64,000 nt of DNA, from contig JAUYMS010000003.1 of assembly GCA_030698625.1 (NCBI GenBank), forward strand, positions 83,471-147,470, in the 5' to 3' direction. Below are positions 37,656 to 46,924 of this stretch, piece by piece (position 1 is the stretch's first letter; each line of letters begins with the position of its first letter). The position numbers were made by a program, and so were the translations under genes. The notes beneath the pieces are model-generated. The model worked only from the letters and a program-made list of their open reading frames with translations. It was not told the origin of the DNA and searched no databases. The stretch is from Candidatus Omnitrophota bacterium. GTDB taxonomy: Bacteria; Omnitrophota; Omnitrophia; Omnitrophales; Aquincolibacteriaceae.

Positions 37656-37738
37656 GCGCCCCCTCGAGGCAAAAGCAAGCCTGCCCAACGCTACCGAAGG
37701 ACGGCCAGGAAACGCTCCTCCTCCGGCATCTGCGCCAC

Positions 37739-37766
37739 GAGGTGAAAACAAGGCTGTCCGAAACGC
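37739..37766 (+). repeat. 28-bp repeat unit, copy A (GAGGTGAAAACAAGGCTGTCCGAAACGC), inverted relative to copies B and C.
   Basis: Read directly. Its reverse complement recurs at 37859-37884 (1 mismatch) and 38057-38084 (1 mismatch). Confidence 0.6.
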
Positions 37767-37858
37767 TTCAGATTTCTTGGCCTATCTTGCCCATCAAAGT
37801 CTCGCAGAAAACCGGTGACTTTGATAATCGCTGATACGGCCAGAGAACTCCTCCGCAT

Positions 37859-37884
37859 GTTTCTGACAGCCTTGTTTTCACCTC
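37859..37884 (-). repeat. Repeat copy B (GTTTCTGACAGCCTTGTTTTCACCTC), inverted relative to copy A.
   Basis: Read directly. Forms an inverted pair with copy A across a 92-bp spacer. Confidence 0.55.
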
Positions 37885-37973
37885 TTGGGTCGTGCGGCGC
37901 TAAGGCAAAAGGAAGGGCGGACGGGGAATACTCCGGAAAAACAATTAGCGCTGTTTGCGGAGTCGAGGTGATA

Positions 37974-38001
37974 AATTTTTGGGGCGACAGTCCCAAAAAT
38001 T
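37974..38001. terminator. Perfect 10-bp stem (AATTTTTGGG / CCCAAAAATT) with an 8-nt loop. Candidate bidirectional terminator or protein-binding palindrome between the convergent giant gene and nuoI.
   Basis: Read directly. Lies in the convergent intergenic region. The stem is A/T-rich at its outer ends on both strands. Confidence 0.35.
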
Positions 38002-38056
38002 AACTCCGAGCGAAGCAGCGCGTTTTGGTGGTGTGTTTCCTGTCCGTCCTTGTCGA

Positions 38057-38084
38057 GCGTTTCGGACAGACTTGTTTTCACCTC
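38057..38084 (-). repeat. Repeat copy C (GCGTTTCGGACAGACTTGTTTTCACCTC), inverted relative to copy A.
   Basis: Read directly. With copy A it brackets about 290 bp, including a perfect 10-bp hairpin at 37974-38001. Confidence 0.6.
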
Positions 38085-38100
38085 AGCGGAAGCGGATCTG

Positions 38101-38655
38101 TTACGGGCGTTTGGGGTCGATCTGGACGGTGTAGTTGGGGTTGGGGTCGAGAAGCTCATTCATGTTGAGCTTCATGCCTTCGCGGCTGTAAGCCGCAAGA
38201 TTCAGGATGTGAGTATCCATCCGAATGGCATCTTCAGGACAGGCCTCCACACAGAATCCGCAAAAGACACATAGCCCAAGATCAATATCAAAACTCTTGG
38301 GGCGCTTCTCGATCGTAGGATCGGGATGCTCTTCTGCCACAATATAAATACACTTTGCCGGACAAACGGTCTCACACATCATACAGGCGACACATCGCGC
38401 CGAACCGTCTTCGCGTTTTGTGAGCCGGTGGCGGGTACGCGAGCGGGGAGCGAGCGGGCGTTTGTGTTCGGGGTACATAATCGTTACGGCGGCCCGAACG
38501 GCTTTGAAAAGCCCGAAGCGGTGCATGGTGTGAAAAAAGAGATTGCGCCAGAAATGGCCCCCGGTAATACACACCCCGCGGATGATTTCCGGGATGTAGA
38601 TCTGCTGCCAGAATGTCATCTTCGGGCGTTTAATGATTTTTGTCGTAATAGCCAT
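38101..38655 (-). CDS. nuoI: NADH-quinone oxidoreductase subunit I (2x[4Fe-4S] ferredoxin-type).
   Basis: Two CxxCxxCxxxCP motifs (CVACMMCETVCPAKCI, CVFCGFCVEACPEDAI). Collinear with NuoI/NQO9. Confidence 0.85.
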   Translation of the reverse strand: MAITTKIIKRPKMTFWQQIYIPEIIRGVCITGGHFWRNLFFHTMHRFGLFKAVRAAVTIMYPEHKRPLAPRSRTRHRLTKREDGSARCVACMMCETVCPAKCIYIVAEEHPDPTIEKRPKSFDIDLGLCVFCGFCVEACPEDAIRMDTHILNLAAYSREGMKLNMNELLDPNPNYTVQIDPKRP

Positions 38656-38670
38656 AATTACCTTTTGTGC

Positions 38671-40098
38671 TCAGAATAGGGCATGAACGGCGGTACGCGT
38701 AAAAGAAAGGACCGGTTCCTGCCAGAATCCGACCAGGATGATCGACGCGGTCAAGATCACCAAGAGAAAGCGCGAGACCGGGGATACGCCGATAGCCTGC
38801 TCACTGGACGACTCCTCAATATACATCATTCTGACAAGGCTCAAATAATAAAAGAGCGATATTGCGACGGCTAAAGCGCCGAGGAGAGCGAGCCAGCCGA
38901 GGCCTCCGCGCACCGCCGCAAGCAACACGAGAAACTTTCCGAAAAATCCGGCCAGCGGGGGAACGCCTGCCAGTGACAGAAGCGCGACAAAAAAAGTTCC
39001 GGCTAGAAACGGTGATCGCTTGGCCAGGCCCCGGTAGGCGTCGATCTTATCGCTGCCCACTCTCCTGCCGACTTCCGTGATCACGATAAATGCCGCAATA
39101 TTAGTGAGGCCGTAAGCCACGAGATAATAAAGCAGGGCCGAAGTTCCCGCTTCACCTCCCACGGCAATGCCGATCAAGAGATAACCCGCATGCCCGATAC
39201 TCGAATACCCGAAAAGCCGTTTGATATTGGTTTGAACCAGCGCTCCGAGATTGCCGTAGAGGATGGTCATGGCCGCGAGCACCGAAAACATCAGGGTACG
39301 CGCTGCTTCGAAAGGGATAAAGACCGTGAACAGCAACTTAAGGAGAATGGCGAATCCGGCCGCCTTCGAAGCGACCGAGAGGTAGGCCACGACGGGTGTC
39401 GGCGCGCCTTCGTAGACGTCAGGGACCCAGAACTGAAAGGGAACTGCCGCGACCTTAAAGCAGACTCCCGAAAGGATAAAGAGAATTCCGAGCAGGATGA
39501 GCGAATGGGTCGTTCGAAGCGCGAAGACCTCGCGGATCACCGGAAAGCTGGTAGAACCGCATGAGACATAGATGAGACTAATCCCGTATATCATGAAGGC
39601 CGAGGCCAGAGACCCCAAAATGAGGTATTTCAAGCCCGCTTCGATCGAGAGGAGCTCATGCTTAAGATAGGCCGCCATGATATAGAGAGAAAGGGTAAAT
39701 ATTTCGAGCGCTATAAATAGAAGCAGGAGGTCATTGGCCGAGACCAGGAAAAAGAGGCCTAAGAGCGAGCTCCACAACACCAGGTAAAATTCCCCCGGGT
39801 TTTTCAGACGCCGGTCAAAAAACTCGTGACACATGGGCACGACACCGATGAGCGTGATCGCAAAGAAAATCTTAAAAAATGTCGCAAGGGAATCCACCAT
39901 GAAGCTTCCCCCGAAAGTCGAGTCGGTCACACCCAAAACGGAGAAGCAGGCGATGAGCGTGACGAAAGAACCGAGAAAAGTGACCTGTGAGGCCAGCTTG
40001 CCCGAGAATTCCCGCGAAAACATCTCGCCGAAAAGCAGAATCATGAGGAACGCGAATACCGTCCATTCCGGAATTAAGAGGGACCACATGATGTTCAT
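38671..40098 (-). CDS. nuoN: NADH-quinone oxidoreductase subunit N.
   Basis: 14-TM antiporter-like subunit. Position after nuoM. Typical NuoN N-terminus. Confidence 0.85.
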   Translation of the reverse strand: MNIMWSLLIPEWTVFAFLMILLFGEMFSREFSGKLASQVTFLGSFVTLIACFSVLGVTDSTFGGSFMVDSLATFFKIFFAITLIGVVPMCHEFFDRRLKNPGEFYLVLWSSLLGLFFLVSANDLLLLFIALEIFTLSLYIMAAYLKHELLSIEAGLKYLILGSLASAFMIYGISLIYVSCGSTSFPVIREVFALRTTHSLILLGILFILSGVCFKVAAVPFQFWVPDVYEGAPTPVVAYLSVASKAAGFAILLKLLFTVFIPFEAARTLMFSVLAAMTILYGNLGALVQTNIKRLFGYSSIGHAGYLLIGIAVGGEAGTSALLYYLVAYGLTNIAAFIVITEVGRRVGSDKIDAYRGLAKRSPFLAGTFFVALLSLAGVPPLAGFFGKFLVLLAAVRGGLGWLALLGALAVAISLFYYLSLVRMMYIEESSSEQAIGVSPVSRFLLVILTASIILVGFWQEPVLSFTRTAVHALF

Positions 40099-41549
40099 GA
40101 CAGGATCGCCTCTACGGTAGGTCCGATAATCCGGAGGAGGCCCTGTGGCCAGAACCCGAACAAGAGCAGCGCGCCGAGCAAGAGCAGAAAAGGGAACTTT
40201 TCAAAAAGGGTTACGGCATCTTTGATCTGGCTCCAGCGGGGGTTCGGGGGGCCGTAGCAAACCTGCTGGACAGTGCGAAGGAGATAAATGGCTGTGATCA
40301 GAATTCCGAATACGGCCAAACACACAATCAGCGGATAGCGCGGCCAAGTCCCGATAAAGACTACGAGTTCGGACGCGAAATTAGAAAATCCGGGCAAACC
40401 GAGCGACGCCATGCAGGCCATCACAAGACACATGCCCACAAAAGGGATCTGTTTGGCGAGGCCGCCAAAATCTGCGATGCCGCGCATATGCGATTGTTCA
40501 TAGATAAAACCGACGAGTGCAAAAGTGCAGGCGGCCATGACGCCGTGCGAAAACATGAGGAAGACGGCGCCCGAGAGCGCGACCGGCGTTAGCGCCGCAA
40601 TTCCCAGCAGGACGTAGCCCATGTGACTGACACTGGAGAAACCGATGATGAATTTGAGATCCTGTTGGCGAATAGCGGCGTAGCCCGCATAAAGAATTCC
40701 AATTGCGGCCAAAACGGCAAGGGGTGTTGCCCAATGCGCAACGCCATCGGGCAGTAAAGTGACCGCCACACGCAGGATCATATACGGGCCCATCTTTTTC
40801 AGGACTCCGGCGTGAAGCATGCTGACCGAGGTCGGGGCAGCGGCATAACCGATGGGCGACCAGCTGTGCAGGGGCCAGAGGGATGCGATCACCCCAAAGC
40901 CGATCAATAAGAACGGTGCAATCCAGTTCTGGATGCTCTGATCCAACGGCGCGGCCTTAAGGGTGTCGGCCATGCGGATAAGGTCAAAACTGTTTGCTCC
41001 CATCCGGTGGTACAAAACGAGCAGGCCAAAAAGCGCGATGACGGCACCGGCCGTGATAAACAACGTCAGCTGCATCGCGCCGTACTCCTTGTTCTTGCTG
41101 CCCCAGATTCCGATCATCGGATAAAGCGGAATCAGGGTCATTTCATAGAAGAGGTAAAGGAAGAAAAGATCCAGCACGGTGAAGACACCGTAAATCGCGC
41201 CTACAAGCAGAAGGAAAAAAATGTGGTATTCCTTGGCTCTTTTGCTTACCGAGCATGACATAAACGCACCGGCGAGCGAGACCAGTGCGTGAAGCAGGCA
41301 CAGGGTCATGTTGATGCCGTCCAAACCGACCTGATAGGAAATGCCCAGAGACGGAACCCAATCGAAACGCTGCACGTATTGATAGCCGGCATTTCCGATT
41401 TCAAAATTTACGAGAAGGGAGACGGTAATCGCAAAACAGACCGAACATGCACCCAGTGTCAAACGGCGAATCAGGCGGTCCTGAGACTCCGGGACAAAGA
41501 GCATGAGAAAGGCGGTTGCGATCGGGATCCATGGAAGATAAAGGATCAT
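40095..41549 (-). CDS. nuoM: NADH-quinone oxidoreductase subunit M.
   Basis: Mrp-antiporter-like membrane subunit. Conserved motifs and gene order. Confidence 0.85.
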   Translation of the reverse strand: MILYLPWIPIATAFLMLFVPESQDRLIRRLTLGACSVCFAITVSLLVNFEIGNAGYQYVQRFDWVPSLGISYQVGLDGINMTLCLLHALVSLAGAFMSCSVSKRAKEYHIFFLLLVGAIYGVFTVLDLFFLYLFYEMTLIPLYPMIGIWGSKNKEYGAMQLTLFITAGAVIALFGLLVLYHRMGANSFDLIRMADTLKAAPLDQSIQNWIAPFLLIGFGVIASLWPLHSWSPIGYAAAPTSVSMLHAGVLKKMGPYMILRVAVTLLPDGVAHWATPLAVLAAIGILYAGYAAIRQQDLKFIIGFSSVSHMGYVLLGIAALTPVALSGAVFLMFSHGVMAACTFALVGFIYEQSHMRGIADFGGLAKQIPFVGMCLVMACMASLGLPGFSNFASELVVFIGTWPRYPLIVCLAVFGILITAIYLLRTVQQVCYGPPNPRWSQIKDAVTLFEKFPFLLLLGALLLFGFWPQGLLRIIGPTVEAILS

Positions 41550-43465
41550 GATGCCCCCGACAAAATGAGCATGTAGATGCAGACCGTGACGCCTAGGGTG
41601 AATATTAAGGCATAGAACTGAATGATTCCCGTCTGTAGACGCCGGAGTAGATCCCCGGTTCCGCGGGTTAGCTGCGCCAGGCCGTTCATGCCGATTTCGA
41701 CTACGACGTAACGCTCGAATAAGTCCGACAATCTCGCAATGTTTTCCTGCACGAACCGGATGATGAGGTCATAGAAGTCGTCGAAGAAATACTTTCTTTC
41801 CAGAATCGAAACCGGGCCATGCCAAGCTGAGTCGAGGCCGAGAAGACTTGAGCCGCGATTCCGGTACAAGTAGAACGCCGACGAAAATCCCGCGGCAGCA
41901 AGTCCGAGCGAAATAGCGGCAAGTGCCGCCGGCCCGTGCCCGGCGCTATGAGCCTCACCAGTTGCAAGAAATGCGTCCAGCGGTAGATATCCGCCCACCA
42001 CCGATAGAACGGCCAGGGTCACAAGCGGAACGAGGATTCGCCAATCGGGTTCGTGTATATGCGGAGCCGGTGCGCCGCCCGTTTCCTGCCCGTGTCCGGT
42101 CAGGAACACAATGGTAAAAAGCCGCCCCATATAAAAGGCAGTCAGAAAAACAGTGACAAGAGCGATCACAAAAAGAGGCGCCGGGCCGTGGCTGGCCTGG
42201 GCCAAAATGGCCTCCTTGCTGAAGAAGCCGCTCAAAGGCGGGATCCCCATCAGGGCCAGCGTACCCAAAAGAAAAGTCCAACTCGTGACGGGCATTTTCC
42301 TCAAGAAGAGGCATCCCTTTCTTCGGCTATCTTCATGGGTGCGTGCCAGTGTGGACATCTCCCAGATATTCTGAGTATGAAGTACGTGGATGAGACTGCC
42401 GGCGCCCAAAAAGAGAAGCGCTTTAAAAAAGGCATGTGTCGTAAGGTGGAACATGCCCGCGCTTACACTTCCGAGCCCCAGGGCCATCACCATGTATCCG
42501 AGCTGACTCAGTGTGGAATAAGCCAGGATCTTCTTGATGTCCGTCTGCACAATGGCGACGGTTGCAGCTAAAAGTGCCGTGATGCCGCCCGTCCATGCAA
42601 TAACGCCGAGTGCGGTCTCGCTCATGTGAAAGAGAAAAAAGACCCTCGCGAGCAGGAACACACCGGCCACAACCATGGTGGCTGCGTGGATAAGGGCGCT
42701 GACCGGTGTCGGGCCTTCCATGGCGTCGGGAAGCCAGACATGGAGAGGGACTTGTGCGGATTTGCCGACGACCCCGAGAAAAATAAGAAGGCTGATGCCG
42801 CACATGAAACCTTCCGAGATGCCGGCCTGGGGCAGCACTTCCTCGAGTTTAGCAAAATTGAAAGTGCCGAGCCCCTTGTCGGTAAGAAAGCCATAGAGTA
42901 AAAGGATGCCGATCATCATGCCCACGTCGCCGACACGTGTCGTGAGAAAAGCCTTTTTTCCCGCGGTGCTTGCTTCCGGCTTCTCGAACCAAAAACCGAT
43001 GAGGAGGTAAGAGCTTAGGCCCACGAGTTCCCAAAATATAAAAATTTGAATGAAATTATTAGAGAGGACAATGCCCAGCATGGAAAAGACGAAAAGGGAG
43101 AGGCTCGCGAAATAGCGCGCAAGCGAGGCATCTTTTTCCATGTAGGCGGTGGAGTAAAGAAAGATGAGGGTTCCGACTCCCGTAACGATCAACAGCATGA
43201 TGAGGCTCAAGCCGTTTAAGGAAATCCCGAACTCGATATGAACCGCTCCCAGGCGAATCCATGTCAGTGCCGACTCGATAACCGCGGGATGAGCGCTCCC
43301 CGCCGCGAAAAATTGCAGGCATACTGAAACGCTTGCCAAAAATGCGAGGAACATGGCGGCCGTGGCAAGCCACGCGGCAATCCGCGGACGGGTCATGAAT
43401 AAGCACACGATGAGCGTTGTCGTAAGAAACGGAACCCAGAGAATCATCCACGCAAGCGAAATCAC
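41546..43465 (-). CDS. nuoL: NADH-quinone oxidoreductase subunit L.
   Basis: 639-aa antiporter-like subunit with a long C-terminal extension (horizontal helix). Confidence 0.85.
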   Translation of the reverse strand: MISLAWMILWVPFLTTTLIVCLFMTRPRIAAWLATAAMFLAFLASVSVCLQFFAAGSAHPAVIESALTWIRLGAVHIEFGISLNGLSLIMLLIVTGVGTLIFLYSTAYMEKDASLARYFASLSLFVFSMLGIVLSNNFIQIFIFWELVGLSSYLLIGFWFEKPEASTAGKKAFLTTRVGDVGMMIGILLLYGFLTDKGLGTFNFAKLEEVLPQAGISEGFMCGISLLIFLGVVGKSAQVPLHVWLPDAMEGPTPVSALIHAATMVVAGVFLLARVFFLFHMSETALGVIAWTGGITALLAATVAIVQTDIKKILAYSTLSQLGYMVMALGLGSVSAGMFHLTTHAFFKALLFLGAGSLIHVLHTQNIWEMSTLARTHEDSRRKGCLFLRKMPVTSWTFLLGTLALMGIPPLSGFFSKEAILAQASHGPAPLFVIALVTVFLTAFYMGRLFTIVFLTGHGQETGGAPAPHIHEPDWRILVPLVTLAVLSVVGGYLPLDAFLATGEAHSAGHGPAALAAISLGLAAAGFSSAFYLYRNRGSSLLGLDSAWHGPVSILERKYFFDDFYDLIIRFVQENIARLSDLFERYVVVEIGMNGLAQLTRGTGDLLRRLQTGIIQFYALIFTLGVTVCIYMLILSGAS

Positions 43466-43468
43466 TGC

Positions 43469-43774
43469 TTATCCTTTTAAGTGGCGAATGTCATTGGTAT
43501 CCACGGAGTCCATTTTTCGGAAAAGCAGTACTGCGATGGCAAGTCCGATCGTTACCTCTGCGGCGGCAATAACCATCACAAAGAAGGCCGTCAACTGGCC
43601 GTTGATTTCCCCGTGTAAGGCCGAGCCCGCAATAAAGTTCAAATTTGCGGCATTCAGCATGAGCTCGATAGACAATAAGATAAGGAGAATATTGCGGCGT
43701 ATCATTAAGCCGAATAGGCCGATCGTAAAAAGGATGCCGCTTACGATGAGATAATGGCTGAGCGGGATTGTCAT
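43469..43774 (-). CDS. nuoK: NADH-quinone oxidoreductase subunit K.
   Basis: 101-aa, 3-TM protein with a conserved NuoK sequence (…LSIELMLNAANLNFIA…). Confidence 0.85.
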   Translation of the reverse strand: MTIPLSHYLIVSGILFTIGLFGLMIRRNILLILLSIELMLNAANLNFIAGSALHGEINGQLTAFFVMVIAAAEVTIGLAIAVLLFRKMDSVDTNDIRHLKG

Positions 43775-44271
43775 GCCTCACCCTTTTCTTTTTTTGCGAG
43801 TGCAACCGCAGCAAAGACACTGACAAGGAGTAAGAAAGACGTCAATTCAAAGGGCAAAATATAATCCGTAAAAAGGAGCTTGCCCACGGCTTCAACGGTT
43901 CCGGAAACCTCGCGGGCGGGAGGGGATATCAGACCCGAGATAATATAGGTCATTCCCGCCAGCAGAACCATCGCCGCAATGGGGGCAAAGAATAAAAAAA
44001 GAGGATGAAACCGTTGAAGCACGCTGCTGTCTTTTGCTCCGATGCCTTGCAGCATGATCACAAAGAGAAATAAAACCAAAACAGCTCCCGCATAGACGAT
44101 CAGGTTGGCCATGGCAACGAAATGGGCGCCGAGAAGCACGTAAAGGACCGAAAGTGAAAACATGGTGAGCACAAGTGACAGAAGGGCGCGCGTAGGCTCG
44201 GGGAGCAGGATGACGAACAGGGCTGTAAGAATGGCGAGACCGGAAAAACTATAAAAGAGGACTACGCCCAT
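43771..44271 (-). CDS. nuoJ: NADH-quinone oxidoreductase subunit J. The ORF track extends to 44367, but the internal Met at 44271 avoids overlap with atpC.
   Basis: 5-TM NuoJ-like protein. An upstream in-frame extension would overlap the atpC coding region. Confidence 0.75.
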   Translation of the reverse strand: MGVVLFYSFSGLAILTALFVILLPEPTRALLSLVLTMFSLSVLYVLLGAHFVAMANLIVYAGAVLVLFLFVIMLQGIGAKDSSVLQRFHPLFLFFAPIAAMVLLAGMTYIISGLISPPAREVSGTVEAVGKLLFTDYILPFELTSFLLLVSVFAAVALAKKEKGEA

Positions 44272-44275
44272 AAAG

Positions 44276-44560
44276 TTATTCGAGGGGTTTGTCGCCGCCC
44301 TGAAAGGACTGCGTAAAAAATATAGCCTGATTATGGGCGACTTCAAAGAAGCCGGGACCCACCTCAAAGGTTTTCGCTTCTCGTTGATCCTTCTCGCTGA
44401 CTTCGAAACGACCGCCGGGAGAAGACGTCACGTAGGGCGCGTGATTCGCCAATACCCCGACAAAACCGCGTTCCCCGGGAATGAGACAATGACTTGCCTC
44501 TCCCGTGTACGAGACTCCCTGAGGAGTGATAACTTTAACTTGATAGAACGCCGGCATCAA
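44276..44560 (-). CDS. atpC: F1 ATP synthase epsilon subunit, short form (94 aa, beta-sandwich domain only).
   Basis: N-terminal beta-sandwich homology (…VITPQGVSYTGEASHCLIPGERGFVGVLANHAP…). The start overlaps the atpD stop. No C-terminal helical hairpin is encoded before the stop. Confidence 0.75.
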   Translation of the reverse strand: MMPAFYQVKVITPQGVSYTGEASHCLIPGERGFVGVLANHAPYVTSSPGGRFEVSEKDQREAKTFEVGPGFFEVAHNQAIFFTQSFQGGDKPLE

Positions 44561-44567
44561 AAACGCC

Positions 44568-46001
<1,434 letters not shown>

Positions 46002-46036
46002 TCACGCGTCTGCATGTTGAGGTGACTGTCCCTGCT

Positions 46037-46918
46037 TTACCTGAGTTTGAGGGCTTGAGAGCCCGACACAACCTCAATGAGTTCTTTTGTAATAGATGCT
46101 TGCCGCGCCTTATTGCGCAACAGCACTAAGGACTCAATCATTTCTTTTGCGTTTTTTGTCGCCTGATGCATCGCGTTCATGCGGGCGATCTGCTCCGAGA
46201 CAAAAGCTTCCAAAAAAATCATGCGCGTTTTCGCTTCGAAGAAAAGGGGGATCAACCTGTCAAAGATTTCGTCCGTTGACGGTTCAAAAATATAGTCCGT
46301 GCCTGCTCCCGGCGCGTCCTCCTGGGCCGCCTCAGGCTCTTCCAAGGGCAGGACTTTTTCTAACACGGCCTTGTAAGCCGTGCGAGTAAGAAAATGACAA
46401 TAAACAACATAGACCGCGTCGACTTCGCGGTCAAGATACAGCTTTTCGAGGGTCGCTTGAAACTCGCGCAAAACAGGTTCGACCTGGCTCGCACGAGTAT
46501 CGGTAAAACCTCTATGAAATCGGTGGCCTTTGCGCTCAAGGGCACTAATGCCGCTCTTGCCGACCCCGACGAGCAGGCAGCGCTCCTTTTTTCCTGCAAG
46601 AAACGCGTTCGCCATGTTGATGAGCTCCGTGTTATAGGTCCCGCAAAGTCCCGCGTCTGAGGTGATGAGTACCAAGGCGATACGATTTTCAGTCTTTTTC
46701 TCGAAGAACGGGTGCAGCTTCCGCTCGGCGTCACCTTGCGCGCCGTTCAGCCGCTTCAAAAGTGTTTCGATTCCCTCGGTGAAGGGTTTTGCATCCTGCA
46801 TCATGGTCTGAAAGCGCCTGAGTTTGGCGGCGGCAACCATCTCCATGGCGCGCGTGATCTTCTTAGTGTTCTCTACGCTGCGAATTCGATTTTTAAGGAC
46901 TCTTAATTGACCGGACAT
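46037..46918 (-). CDS. atpG: F1 ATP synthase gamma subunit.
   Basis: Conserved N- and C-terminal coiled-coil helices. Position between atpA and atpD. Confidence 0.9.
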   Translation of the reverse strand: MSGQLRVLKNRIRSVENTKKITRAMEMVAAAKLRRFQTMMQDAKPFTEGIETLLKRLNGAQGDAERKLHPFFEKKTENRIALVLITSDAGLCGTYNTELINMANAFLAGKKERCLLVGVGKSGISALERKGHRFHRGFTDTRASQVEPVLREFQATLEKLYLDREVDAVYVVYCHFLTRTAYKAVLEKVLPLEEPEAAQEDAPGAGTDYIFEPSTDEIFDRLIPLFFEAKTRMIFLEAFVSEQIARMNAMHQATKNAKEMIESLVLLRNKARQASITKELIEVVSGSQALKLR

Positions 46919-46924
46919 CCTGGT

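Noticed and set aside
2505-37064. Possibility that the periodic RSELR sites reflect a CRISPR-like or DNA-level tandem repeat
   Set aside because: The encoding 15-mers differ at most synonymous positions, and spacing is irregular (600-5,000 nt). Conservation is at the peptide level only.
906-37655. Giant protein as a classical adhesin or RTX/BapA-type repeat protein
   Set aside because: No Ig-like or cadherin tandem repeats, no GGxGxD beta-roll nonapeptides and no C-terminal T1SS signal are seen. Instead the sequence is non-repetitive and enzyme-domain-rich.
44272-44367. N-terminal 32-codon extension of nuoJ
   Set aside because: It would overlap atpC by about 90 nt on the same strand. The internal Met gives a typical NuoJ length and N-terminus.
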